Assembly (NCBI GenBank): GCA_037137775.1
Contig: JBAXJQ010000005.1
Coordinates: 1-53,963, forward strand
DNA from: Candidatus Falkowbacteria bacterium
GTDB taxonomy: Bacteria; Patescibacteriota; Patescibacteriia; Patescibacteriales; GWE2-39-37
DNA length: 53,963 nt
Reading direction: 5' to 3'
Shown here: one piece after another, positions 1 to 8,965 of the stretch
Position numbering within the stretch: position 1 is the stretch's first letter
Layout of the letters: every line of letters begins with the position of its first letter
Translations under genes and position numbers: made by a program
Notes under the pieces: model-generated
The model's database searches: none
What the model saw: the letters and a program-made list of their open reading frames with translations, nothing else
What the model was told of the DNA's origin: nothing

Positions 1-95
1 TTTTGGCGCTTCGCGCCAATTATGTTGCATTAGATTCTAGACTGAAAGTAAGTTAATTATTTGAAATTATTTGAAATTCATCGTAGGCTCTAATT

Positions 96-1124
96 ATGAT
101 TATCTTAGGCATTGAAACAAGTTGCGACGAAACCGCAGCCGCCGTGGTTGAAAAAACCTTAAGTGGCAATTTTGTCGTTCGTTCTAACATTATAAGTTCT
201 CAAACAAAACTACACGCCGAATATGGCGGTGTCGTGCCAGAACTGGCCGCACGAGAACATCTCCAAAATATTCTACCTGTTATTACCCAGGCGCTCAGAG
301 ATGCCAAAATTTCCGACGTAAAAAAAATTTCTGCTATTGCCGTTTCTCAAGGACCTGGCTTAATCACTTCACTCATGTCCGGATTAGAAACCGCCAAAAC
401 ATTGGCTTACGCCTGGCAATTACCGCTCATTCCTATTAATCACATCGAGTCACATCTCTATGCCAATTTTATAGAACAGCCCAAAATTAAATTACCTGCC
501 TTGGTTTTAACAGTCTCTGGCGGTCACACTACGTTATTACTACTCAACAAACACGGTGACTTAACGCTGCTCGGTGAAACCTTAGATGATGCGGCGGGCG
601 AGGCATTTGATAAAGCGGCTCAACTCATGAACCTGGGCTATCCTGGTGGGCCAATTGTTTCAGCTTGGGCAAATAAATTTAAAAACGATACTCATTTAAT
701 ACATTTGCCGCGGCCAATGCTAAACAAGCCCGGGTATAACTTTTCCTTTTCTGGACTAAAAACCGCACTACTATATCAATTACAAAACGATTCTTCTTGG
801 CGTAAAAATATTCCTGAATATTGCGCTGAATTTCAACAAGCCATTGTGGATGTCCTTGTAGGCAAAGCCATTAAAGCCGCGAAGACACATCCAATTAAAT
901 CAATTTTACTTGCCGGTGGCGTGGCGGCCAACACTTGCTTGCGAGAGACTCTGGATAAAAATATTAACAAACAATGGCCACTATATCTACCGCCACTAAA
1001 ATACACCACCGACAACGCCGCCATGGTGGCTACGGCCGGTTTTTATCACTGGCGCGATCGCTTAAAAGGCGCTAAAGTATTAGATATTACTGCTAATGCC
1101 AATTTGGCCTTGTTTAAATCATAA
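96..1124 (+). CDS. tsaD: tRNA N6-threonylcarbamoyltransferase TsaD
   Basis: LGIETSCDET start, GGVVPELAAREH, HIESH metal motif, SGGHT, DDAAGEAFDK, FSFSGLKT, TDNAAM. Confidence 0.97.
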   Translation: MIILGIETSCDETAAAVVEKTLSGNFVVRSNIISSQTKLHAEYGGVVPELAAREHLQNILPVITQALRDAKISDVKKISAIAVSQGPGLITSLMSGLETAKTLAYAWQLPLIPINHIESHLYANFIEQPKIKLPALVLTVSGGHTTLLLLNKHGDLTLLGETLDDAAGEAFDKAAQLMNLGYPGGPIVSAWANKFKNDTHLIHLPRPMLNKPGYNFSFSGLKTALLYQLQNDSSWRKNIPEYCAEFQQAIVDVLVGKAIKAAKTHPIKSILLAGGVAANTCLRETLDKNINKQWPLYLPPLKYTTDNAAMVATAGFYHWRDRLKGAKVLDITANANLALFKS

Positions 1125-1127
1125 TCT

Positions 1128-2126
1128 ATGACCACTCAATCAAAACCAACTATTTTTTCTGGCGTTCAACCATCTGGCAACTTAACCATTGGTAATTATA
1201 TTGGTGCTATTTCTAAATGGGTTGAACTTCAAGATCAATACACTTCTATTTTTTGTGTAGTTGATTTGCACGCAATCACCATACAACAAGACGCCAAAGA
1301 ATTAAACAGCCGAATTATTGAAATTACTAAACATTATTTAGCTTCAGGTATTGATCCCAAAAAGTCCTATATCTTTTTACAATCCGATATTTCCGCGCAC
1401 GCTGAACTGGCCTGGTTATTAAACTGTTGTACTTGTCGCATATCTGATTTAAAAAAAATGACTCAGTTTAAAGACAAGGCTGGCGCAAAGCAAGAAAATG
1501 TGAGTGTTGGTTTGTTCGATTATCCGGTCTTAATGGCGGCTGACATATTATTATATAATACCGACCAAGTTCCGGTTGGTGATGACCAAGTCCAACATGT
1601 TGAGCTCTGTCGCGATTTAGCCAAACGCTTTAATCATCAATATGGAGACACTTTTAAAGTTCCCGAGGTAATTATTCGCCAAGAAGGTGCACGTATCATG
1701 GCGCTAGACGACCCAACTAAAAAAATGAGTAAAAGCTCGAGTGTCGCCGCAAGCTACATTGGCCTACTAGATGATCCAATAATCGCGGCTAAAAAAATTA
1801 CGAGTGCTACTACGGATTCAGATAAGTTAATTAAATTTAATAAAGCCAAAAAGCCAGGCATCTCAAATTTGTTAACAATTTATTCATTTCTCGCCAACAC
1901 ATCGATTAAAGATCTTGAAAAAAAATACCAAAACAAAGGTTATGGTGATTTTAAAAAAGACTTATCTGAATTAGTAAAAGAATTCTTAACCAAATATCAA
2001 GCTCGATATAATAGTTACTCCGATGCTCAAATAATATCTTTACTCAAAACCAATTCTGAAAAACTACGACCAATTGCGCAAAAAACTTTACAAGATGTTA
2101 AGAAAAAAATTGGATTGTTGCTGTAA
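1128..2126 (+). CDS. trpS: Tryptophan--tRNA ligase
   Basis: SGVQPSG-TIGN (HIGH), YPVLMAADIL, VPVGDDQ, KMSKS. Confidence 0.97.
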   Translation: MTTQSKPTIFSGVQPSGNLTIGNYIGAISKWVELQDQYTSIFCVVDLHAITIQQDAKELNSRIIEITKHYLASGIDPKKSYIFLQSDISAHAELAWLLNCCTCRISDLKKMTQFKDKAGAKQENVSVGLFDYPVLMAADILLYNTDQVPVGDDQVQHVELCRDLAKRFNHQYGDTFKVPEVIIRQEGARIMALDDPTKKMSKSSSVAASYIGLLDDPIIAAKKITSATTDSDKLIKFNKAKKPGISNLLTIYSFLANTSIKDLEKKYQNKGYGDFKKDLSELVKEFLTKYQARYNSYSDAQIISLLKTNSEKLRPIAQKTLQDVKKKIGLLL

Positions 2127-2140
2127 CAAAAAATTTTTTT

Positions 2141-2195
2141 AAACTAGTATTTAAAAATCACTTCAATGTTTGAAGTGATTTTTAAATACTAGTTT
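2141..2195. terminator. Perfect 26-bp inverted repeat between convergent genes, probable bidirectional terminator
   Basis: AAACTAGTATTTAAAAATCACTTCAA-TGT-TTGAAGTGATTTTTAAATACTAGTTT. Confidence 0.7.
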
Positions 2196-2212
2196 TTGAT
2201 AATTTATCACTA

Positions 2213-3334
2213 TTAGGCTTTTTCTTTTTTTATCAACCATAAAGCCAAACCAGTAGAGATTGGTACGGCTAAAACCAAGCCAATACTGCCAACTAAGGTG
2301 CGGACAATTTCTGTGGCCAACATTTCATTATTAATCGCTTGATGCCAGTTAGCAAATCCACTCTGCCCGCTGGAGAACAAAATTAATAATGATAGCGAAG
2401 CACCGGCATAGGCTAAAAATAATGTATTTGTCATCGAGCTAATATGCGCAATGCCAACCGCATGAGCTCTTTTATATACATCCCAGCGTGACTGGTTTAT
2501 ATTTGCTGCACTGATTTCTTTTACCGTGGCAACTTGAGCAATCACCACATCATCAAGGACACCCAAGGCGCCAATAATCATTCCTGCTAGTAATAAACCC
2601 TGAAAATTAATTTCACCAACACCTAAGCCCAATAAAAAACTAGACTCCTCGGTAGCAAGACCGCTTAATTTGGCTAAATTTATAAAGGCGTAAGAAAAAC
2701 CGATAGTTATCATTAGACTTATAAAAATTGCCAGCACACCAACATGTGCCTCCCGCTTAAACCCCTCTGTTACATAAATTATTGCTCCCAAAATCACTAA
2801 CGAACCAATAGTGGTAACAATTACCGGGTCTGATCCATCTAAAATTTGTGGTACTATATACCACATCATAACAACAAACGTTAACATTAATGATAACAAC
2901 GAACGAAACCCCTTCCAACCACCAATGAGTAAAAGTATGGCAATAAATATTCCACCTAGCCACCAAATCGCATCAGTTCTTACATAATCAGTTATATAAT
3001 AGTTGATATGACCCACATCATCTGATGAAGCTACTACTAAAACTCTATCTCCAGCATGATAGATGTTCTTTTTTATCGCATCAATTTGCCCAATGCCATT
3101 ATATTCAAGCGTTTTATGTATATATGCTCCATCTAAACCAACTAACTCTAAATTTTGCTGGCGTGAAAACCCACCATCTAATTGTTTGACTTGCTCTTCA
3201 AGAATTACCTTGGTTACACGCGCCTCAAAAGTGGTGTCTGGGGCTGTTTGCTCTAAAGCAAAAACAGGCGAGCAATAGCCCGCCATAATTATTACAACAC
3301 CAACTAGTAAACCAATTTTTTTTAAGTAAACCAT
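2213..3334 (-). CDS. YibE/F family membrane protein
   Basis: N-terminal soluble domain, DYVR, GALGVLDDV, MTNTLFLAYAG, EIVRTLVGSIGLVLAVP motifs. Confidence 0.9.
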   Translation of the reverse strand: MVYLKKIGLLVGVVIIMAGYCSPVFALEQTAPDTTFEARVTKVILEEQVKQLDGGFSRQQNLELVGLDGAYIHKTLEYNGIGQIDAIKKNIYHAGDRVLVVASSDDVGHINYYITDYVRTDAIWWLGGIFIAILLLIGGWKGFRSLLSLMLTFVVMMWYIVPQILDGSDPVIVTTIGSLVILGAIIYVTEGFKREAHVGVLAIFISLMITIGFSYAFINLAKLSGLATEESSFLLGLGVGEINFQGLLLAGMIIGALGVLDDVVIAQVATVKEISAANINQSRWDVYKRAHAVGIAHISSMTNTLFLAYAGASLSLLILFSSGQSGFANWHQAINNEMLATEIVRTLVGSIGLVLAVPISTGLALWLIKKEKA

Positions 3335-4569
3335 TTAATTAATAACCATAAACCCAAAAGCACCATTACAATTCCACTTATTAACGGCGTCCAACGAGTT
3401 ACCCGGGAGCTAATAGCAGTCAATCGTTGTGTATAAAGCATAACGAAAAATATCACTAACTGATCTAAGATATAGCAAAAAACATACAGAAGCAAGTAAC
3501 CATAATATCCAACTTTTGGTAAATTAGCCGCTGTTAATATGGGAACGTACACTGCCGGCAAGCCAGCACTACATAGTAATTCAACCAAATTAATCGCCGC
3601 GGCTAATAAAAATACACCGATAAAGGCAAGTATCAACGAATTGTTTTGTGCTAAAGCTTTCAAGCGAAATATAATTGCCTTTCGTTTTTCACTTTCTACT
3701 ATTTCACACCCACCATTTCTTTCCTGCCACCATTGTCTTAAGCTATAACCTCCGGCCAAAATGGCAAATAAAACAATGCCAACTTTCAACCATTTTAACA
3801 TGCCGATCAATAAGTAAATATTTAACCAAGCAGTTAAAAACAAGAAGTATGTAATGGCAGATGCGGCAATAAAGCCTCCACCTAGCCAAATGACTCGTTT
3901 TTTATCTTGCTTGGTCATTAGCAGGCTAAGTAAAAACAACAGCACCCACAAAGCGCATGGATTCAAACTATCTAACAAGCCAATTATAATGGTTAATACT
4001 GGCAAAGAGAATTGACTCAACTCCAATTGACCCCACCAAGTTGTAATTTTCTTTGTCCCATCGATTGTTTTGCCCGTGCTTGAGGTTGTTGCGTTTGCCA
4101 TTTGATTATTCGAATCCACCGCTTTAACGGGTCGGTCGTTGGCTTGATTGGTGGCAAGCATTAATGGTGAAACGGCATCTACATAGTTATTACTACGAGC
4201 ATCATTTATTATGGCAATAATTTGTTGACCAGTAGTTAGCGCATCGTCAAAGCCAACCAATGGCTGGTTTTGTATTATGGTTAGTGGCACACCGCCTTGT
4301 TGCACATTAAGCGAGCCGGCGACTCGTGACATTAATTTAGCGTTTTCTTGGTTTTGCCAAACTTCAAATTTTTTAACACGAATTGAAATGTCTGACTTTG
4401 CTAGATAATCAAGAAAAGGAATTTCCTTGGCACAATGCGGACAACCTTCGCCATAAAACAAATACACATTGACTGGCTTGGTTGGTGCCGCCATAGTTAC
4501 TGTTGGCACCAAAACGCCCACTAGCAACAATGAAATAACAAAAAAATTACCGATAATTTTTTTAAACAT
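3322..4569 (-). CDS. Exported glutaredoxin/thioredoxin (CPHC) fused to a CcdA/DsbD-like membrane domain
   Basis: Signal peptide, FYGEGCPHC, GVP cis-Pro, then LDSLNPC and ELLC-S-AGLP membrane cysteines and about 6 TM helices. Confidence 0.8.
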   Translation of the reverse strand: MFKKIIGNFFVISLLLVGVLVPTVTMAAPTKPVNVYLFYGEGCPHCAKEIPFLDYLAKSDISIRVKKFEVWQNQENAKLMSRVAGSLNVQQGGVPLTIIQNQPLVGFDDALTTGQQIIAIINDARSNNYVDAVSPLMLATNQANDRPVKAVDSNNQMANATTSSTGKTIDGTKKITTWWGQLELSQFSLPVLTIIIGLLDSLNPCALWVLLFLLSLLMTKQDKKRVIWLGGGFIAASAITYFLFLTAWLNIYLLIGMLKWLKVGIVLFAILAGGYSLRQWWQERNGGCEIVESEKRKAIIFRLKALAQNNSLILAFIGVFLLAAAINLVELLCSAGLPAVYVPILTAANLPKVGYYGYLLLYVFCYILDQLVIFFVMLYTQRLTAISSRVTRWTPLISGIVMVLLGLWLLIKWFT

Positions 4570-4606
4570 AGAATGAATGTATCACAAATTTTCTTTTTTT
4601 ACCACT

Positions 4607-4975
4607 TCACCAAACATCTTTAAAGTGTTGAATTTTTGCCTGTTGCTTGGTTTTATTTACATCGATTGCGATCACATCTAATCTGAAATGAGAAATAAGT
4701 TTCTTTTGCCGTCTCATATATTCCTGAACTCCCTGCTTTAAACTTTTATTTTTTGTAAAATTTATCATCTCTGAAGCACTACCGTAAACCGTTGAGGTTC
4801 TGGTTTTTACTTCAATAAAAACCAGACAATCATTTTGCTTCATTACCAAATCTAGTTCCCAATAACTAGTTTTAACATTTCTCTCAACCAATACATATTT
4901 TCTCCGCATTAAAAAATCAAGCGCCAGGTCTTCACCCCATTTGCCAACTAGCTGATTATGCTTTACTGCTAACAT
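4607..4975 (-). CDS. yraN: YraN/UPF0102 family PD-(D/E)XK nuclease-like protein
   Basis: GKWGEDLA, ERN, ELDLV, FIEVKTR, RLDVIAI; ATG at 4975 preferred to TTG at 4981. Confidence 0.88.
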   Translation of the reverse strand: MLAVKHNQLVGKWGEDLALDFLMRRKYVLVERNVKTSYWELDLVMKQNDCLVFIEVKTRTSTVYGSASEMINFTKNKSLKQGVQEYMRRQKKLISHFRLDVIAIDVNKTKQQAKIQHFKDVW

Positions 4976-4987
4976 GTGCAAAGAGCA

Positions 4988-5013
4988 CTATAGCCTTCAA
5001 TTGAAGGCTATAG
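4988..5013. repeat. Perfect loopless 26-bp palindrome
   Basis: CTATAGCCTTCAA|TTGAAGGCTATAG, between co-directional genes. Confidence 0.85.
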
Positions 5014-5031
5014 GTGAAAAAGTTGAGTATT

Positions 5032-5421
5032 TTATGGAATGTATTTTTTAAATTCTTTTTTTTCTTCAGCTGCCCGTCTAAGTGTTGGTATCTTTTTTGC
5101 ATCTTTATAAATCAACCAAACCCAAAGCGCTACTCCGGCCAACCAGATTATATACCAAAATCGTGCTGACAAAACCACAATCATTTGCCAGGAAAAGAAA
5201 AATAATACTAGTCCAATTACTGCATTTGTGGTGGCGCAAATTATTAGCCGTGAAAATATTCTGGCATAATAATTTTTTGGCTCTTGTCGATTTCGCCACC
5301 AGCTGTAAATTGCAACCCCTACTAAGGTTAAAATTGAAATTATTACCGCGACACGGCTCACACCTAATAACTCTCCTGGCCTTGAATTGAACCAGAAATT
5401 TAATGTAATCCAGTTTCCCAT
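5032..5421 (-). CDS. Hypothetical membrane protein (3 TM)
   Basis: Three hydrophobic segments, basic C-terminus ending KKYIP; tightly packed in operon. Confidence 0.75.
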   Translation of the reverse strand: MGNWITLNFWFNSRPGELLGVSRVAVIISILTLVGVAIYSWWRNRQEPKNYYARIFSRLIICATTNAVIGLVLFFFSWQMIVVLSARFWYIIWLAGVALWVWLIYKDAKKIPTLRRAAEEKKEFKKYIP

Positions 5422-5424
5422 AGG

Positions 5425-5982
5425 TTATATCTTAGTAAATAGTAGGCCATAATGATAATGTCCGGCCTCAAACTCATCCTCAAGCACTAATCCTAGTTTT
5501 TTTGCAGCGGTTAGTAGCAACTCCTTTCGAACACGTTCTTCAAGTGGCGGCCCGAGCGGTGAGCTGACATTTTTCCACTCAACCACCAACATATACCCAT
5601 CTTTTTTTATCAATCTAATTGCTTCTCTTAATATTTGCGGCCGATGCTGTGACTGATACAACACATTAATCAACAAAGCTACGTCTACGCTTCCTGACTC
5701 AATTTTTGTCGCATTATACACCTCCAAATTACTCCAAATAGTTTCTATGTTGGTAAAATTTTCTTGACGAGCTACTCGTGAAATTCGCTCGAGCACTGTT
5801 TTTAAAATATCAACCGCATAAACCTTGCCCTTTTTACCAATCATCGAAGCGACAGGAAACACAAACAATCCAGAAGCGCCACATCCAAGATTTGCTACCT
5901 TCATTCGCTCAGTAATTCTTGCCTTGCTAATGATTAAATTTGTATCCAAAAGAACACTATTTGCCAATCCTGGTATTATCAT
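5425..5982 (-). CDS. Class I SAM-dependent methyltransferase
   Basis: VANLGCGASG motif I, VYAVDI, SVDVALL, GYMLVVEW. Confidence 0.85.
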   Translation of the reverse strand: MIIPGLANSVLLDTNLIISKARITERMKVANLGCGASGLFVFPVASMIGKKGKVYAVDILKTVLERISRVARQENFTNIETIWSNLEVYNATKIESGSVDVALLINVLYQSQHRPQILREAIRLIKKDGYMLVVEWKNVSSPLGPPLEERVRKELLLTAAKKLGLVLEDEFEAGHYHYGLLFTKI

Positions 5983-6032
5983 TGTTTTTTTTTAATTATC
6001 TACAGTAAGTATAGATAATTTTTTGATTTTTC

Positions 6033-6635
6033 TCAAGCTCTTGTAAGCTCCTTAATTGGCCTATAGGTTAGGCGGTGTTCATTACTAACGCCAAGTTGCT
6101 GTAAGCTTTTTTGATGAACTTTAGTGCCATACCCTTTATGAACTTCAAAATAATACCCAGGCAGTGATTTGCTCAGGTTGATCATTATTTTGTCTCTTGT
6201 GACTTTAGCTATTATCGATGCGGCTGCAATTAAAAATTCTAATTGATCTCCTTTTATGATTGCCTTTTGATTACCATGCCATTCCGGCAATTGCTGATTA
6301 CCATCTACTAATAGTAATTTAGGCACAACCGATATGTTGTTTAAAGCTCGACGCATAGCCAAAAAGGTTGCTTGCAAAATATTAATTTGATCAATTTCTT
6401 TTGCACTTGCCCGGCCAACCCCTATTATTAAATCGGAATTAATAATTTGCTCAAAGAGCGCTTCTCTTTTTTTTACAGAAAGTTGTTTTGAGTCGCGGAC
6501 CGAGTTTAACAACGATGGTGAAATTTTTTTGTTCGCCCTAGACAACACCGTTGCTGCCACTACCGGACCAGCCCAGGCACCTCGTCCTGCTTCATCCAAT
6601 CCAGCCACCGCAAACTTATTAATTTTAAAATTCAT
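6033..6635 (-). CDS. rnhB: Ribonuclease HII
   Basis: GLDEAGRG-AGPV, DSKQLS, DGN, IAAASIIAKVTRD, HKGYGT. Confidence 0.96.
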   Translation of the reverse strand: MNFKINKFAVAGLDEAGRGAWAGPVVAATVLSRANKKISPSLLNSVRDSKQLSVKKREALFEQIINSDLIIGVGRASAKEIDQINILQATFLAMRRALNNISVVPKLLLVDGNQQLPEWHGNQKAIIKGDQLEFLIAAASIIAKVTRDKIMINLSKSLPGYYFEVHKGYGTKVHQKSLQQLGVSNEHRLTYRPIKELTRA

Positions 6636-6636
6636 A

Positions 6637-6658
6637 AATTAGCTAATATTAGCTAATT
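6637..6658. repeat. Perfect 22-bp palindrome filling the trxB-rnhB spacer
   Basis: AATTAGCTAAT|ATTAGCTAATT, i.e. two tandem ATTAGCTAAT units. Confidence 0.75.
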
Positions 6659-7610
6659 ACTTACTTCTATCAAAAACTACTGTTATCTTTTTCCCTTTTT
6701 TTTGCTGTAGATATTGATAGGCTGCTAAGGCAGCAACTGTACCCTGACCAGAAGCAATTGTGATCTGTTTGAATTCTACATTTGTCACGTCACCCGCCGC
6801 AAAAACTCCCGGTGTACTTGTTTGGCAACGATTGTCAATTTTAATTTGCAATCGTTCATCACGCTCTACTAAATCTGCAACCAAATCAGTGTGAGCTATC
6901 CTACCAATCTCAATAAATACACCATCAACTTTTATAGTTCGCTCTTCGCTTAAGTTGTTATCAATGATTACCATTTCACGTACGGCCGTGTCTCCAGTAA
7001 TTTTTTTAACCGTATTGTTTTCCAAGACTTCAATATTTTGGCGACTTTTAACCTCTTCAACTAAACCATCAAATGCTCTCAACTGATCGCTTCGATTGAT
7101 TAAATAAACCTGCTTTGCAATTTTTGATAACACTTCTGCAGCATCAAGCGCGGCATTACCACCACCAACTACTGCCACTATTTTGTTTCTATATAAGGGT
7201 CCGTCACAATTTGCACAATAAGAAATCCCTTTGCCGGTAAACTCCATTTCGCCCTCTATGGCTAATCGTCTGGGCACTAAACCCATGGTTATTAAAATTG
7301 TTTGGGATTCAAATGACTCTTTTTGAGTATGTACAATAAAATTTCCGTCATCTTTTTTATTAATTTGACTAACTTCCGCTAATTTATATTGTACACCTGC
7401 TGTTTTTAAGTGTTCCTCCCATTTTTGAATCAAATCAAAATTCATAATGCTTGTAAAGCCCGGATAATTTTCAATTTCACCAGCCCAAACCAACTGCCCA
7501 CCCAAATCTTTACTAATTAACAATACTTTCATTTCCCTCCTTACTGCATAAATTGCGGCTGTAATACCAGCAGGACCACCTCCAATAATTATCAATTCGT
7601 ATTTTTCCAT
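6657..7610 (-). CDS. trxB: Thioredoxin-disulfide reductase
   Basis: IGGGPAG FAD motif, IENYPG, CANC redox pair, VGGGNAA NADPH motif, GVFAAGD; ATG at 7610 preferred. Confidence 0.92.
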   Translation of the reverse strand: MEKYELIIIGGGPAGITAAIYAVRREMKVLLISKDLGGQLVWAGEIENYPGFTSIMNFDLIQKWEEHLKTAGVQYKLAEVSQINKKDDGNFIVHTQKESFESQTILITMGLVPRRLAIEGEMEFTGKGISYCANCDGPLYRNKIVAVVGGGNAALDAAEVLSKIAKQVYLINRSDQLRAFDGLVEEVKSRQNIEVLENNTVKKITGDTAVREMVIIDNNLSEERTIKVDGVFIEIGRIAHTDLVADLVERDERLQIKIDNRCQTSTPGVFAAGDVTNVEFKQITIASGQGTVAALAAYQYLQQKKGKKITVVFDRSK

Positions 7611-7689
7611 TTTGTTATTTGTTATCAATTATTTATTAACTCTTGTTCTATTTTACACTTTTTTGACTATTTTACAATGCCATTATAAT

Positions 7690-7705
7690 TGTTCTGCGCG
7701 GAACA
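7690..7705. promoter_or_regulatory. parS-like site (degenerate)
   Basis: TGTTCTGCGCGGAACA versus parS consensus TGTTNCACGTGAAACA; about 5 kb from oriC. Confidence 0.5.
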
Positions 7706-7733
7706 ATAACAATTTCATCAAAGGTTGTTTTAC

Positions 7734-7765
7734 CATTTCTGTCTACATTAATGTAGACAGAAATG
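7734..7765. repeat. Perfect 32-bp palindrome
   Basis: CATTTCTGTCTACATT|AATGTAGACAGAAATG. Confidence 0.9.
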
Positions 7766-7770
7766 TAGGC

Positions 7771-8082
7771 TGTGGAAAAATTGAGCTTAAATATTTAGTT
7801 ATGCACATGTTATTAACAGCAAAATCACCTTAAAATAATTTTAAATCAGATGTGATAATATCAAAATGTTCCGCGTGGAACATTTTATGTGAGGTAAAGG
7901 ATAGGTTATGCTTTTGAAAATATAACTAAAAATATTAATTATTTTTATTAAGACGAAATCAAATAATGTTTAAATAATGACTTAATTAAAAAGAGCTTTC
8001 CGATAAATTATTTTCACGATCTAGGTTATAAATATGAAGGGTCTTATAAATAAGATTTACTATAAAGAAGGAATTATACACA
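7771..8082. promoter_or_regulatory. Three DnaA boxes matching TTWTNCACA
   Basis: TGTGGAAAA 7771-7779 (-), TTATGCACA 7799-7807 (+), TTATACACA 8074-8082 (+). Confidence 0.55.
7867..7882. promoter_or_regulatory. parS-like centromere site
   Basis: TGTTCCGCGTGGAACA flanked by AAAA/TTTT; 1 mismatch from palindromic TGTTCCACGTGGAACA. Confidence 0.7.
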
Positions 8083-8225
8083 GTCAGTCCAATGTAAATG
8101 AAAAAGGATTAAAAGGGCCAACACATTGATTAATCAAGATTAAAATATTCATGTAACTACTAAGCATGACACACCACCTAAGTTAAACCTCATAACAATC
8201 TTCTTTTATGGCTTAAAATACAAAA

Positions 8226-8245
8226 TAAAAGGCAAATGCCTTTTA
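8226..8245 (-). terminator. Hairpin terminator after tRNA-Ala
   Basis: TAAAAGGCA-AA-TGCCTTTTA with T-rich tail on the minus strand. Confidence 0.55.
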
Positions 8246-8250
8246 CTATG

Positions 8251-8324
8251 TGGACCCAACTGGAGTCGAACCAGCGACCTCTTGCATGCCATGCAAGCGC
8301 TCTAACCAACTGAGCTATGGGCCC
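8251..8324 (-). tRNA. tRNA-Ala(GGC)
   Basis: GGGCCCATAGCTCAG...CTTGC-ATGGCAT-GCAAG...GTTCGACTC...TGGGTCCA; G3:U70 pair; CCA not encoded. Confidence 0.96.
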
Positions 8325-8351
8325 AAATTTTATTTAATATTAGCCAAAATG

Positions 8352-8423
8352 TGCCCCCGGGCGGAATCGAACCACCATCAAGACGTTAGGAGTGTCTCGT
8401 TTTATCCATTAAACTACGGGGAC
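8352..8423 (-). tRNA. tRNA-Arg(CCT)
   Basis: GTCCCCGTAGTTTAATGGATAAAAC...loop CTCCTAA...GGTTCGATTCC...GGGGGCA; CCA not encoded. Confidence 0.93.
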
Positions 8424-8474
8424 AAAAACCCGCCGTCAGCCAAAGTAACCGCCATTTATTTCAAGCTGGCATTT

Positions 8475-8526
8475 ATTGTACCTAATAAAATTTATTTTGA
8501 CAAATACAGCCCATTAAGGCTAGAAT
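8475..8526. promoter_or_regulatory. Divergent sigma70 promoters with overlapping -35 boxes (tRNAs leftward, bactofilin rightward)
   Basis: + strand TTGACA(8497)-18-TAGAAT(8521); - strand TTGTCA(8503)-17-TACAAT(8480). Confidence 0.65.
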
Positions 8527-8560
8527 TAGAATATAATTTTAGACACTAACAGAGTAAATT

Positions 8561-8947
8561 ATGTTTACCAAAGACGAACGTATCAAGGGGCGCGATGTTG
8601 AAACGGTGATTGGCCCTTCCGTCAAGGTTAAAGGTGACTTTGTCGGACAAGGAGATATTATTATAGAGGGCTTTTTAGAGGGCACATTGAAAACAGTTGG
8701 AAATTTATTTGTTGGCCAAAATGCTGAAATTACCGCAAGTGTTCACGCCAAAGAAGGAAAAATTTCTGGCAAAGTTGTTGGTAATATTAAAATGAGTGGC
8801 TTTCTTGAAATTACCGCTACTGCACATATCGATGGCAATATTTTAGCAGGGCAGTTATCAGTAGAGCGCGGTGCTGTAATTAATGGACAGCTATCCATGA
8901 AAGAGTCTGGCACAAAAGTAACGACCAATGAAAACGTCGCCGCTTAA
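8561..8947 (+). CDS. Bactofilin (polymer-forming cytoskeletal protein)
   Basis: ETVIGPSVKVKGD beta-helix repeats, ending LSVERGAVINGQLSM. Confidence 0.92.
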   Translation: MFTKDERIKGRDVETVIGPSVKVKGDFVGQGDIIIEGFLEGTLKTVGNLFVGQNAEITASVHAKEGKISGKVVGNIKMSGFLEITATAHIDGNILAGQLSVERGAVINGQLSMKESGTKVTTNENVAA

Positions 8948-8965
8948 CCAATAACCGATTAAACC

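Noticed and set aside
7612-7833. 73-aa ORF in the parS region
   Set aside because: TTG start, no RBS, no recognisable motif; overlaps the palindromes and DnaA boxes.
8250-8549. 99-aa + strand ORF
   Set aside because: It is the antisense reading of tRNA-Ala and tRNA-Arg.
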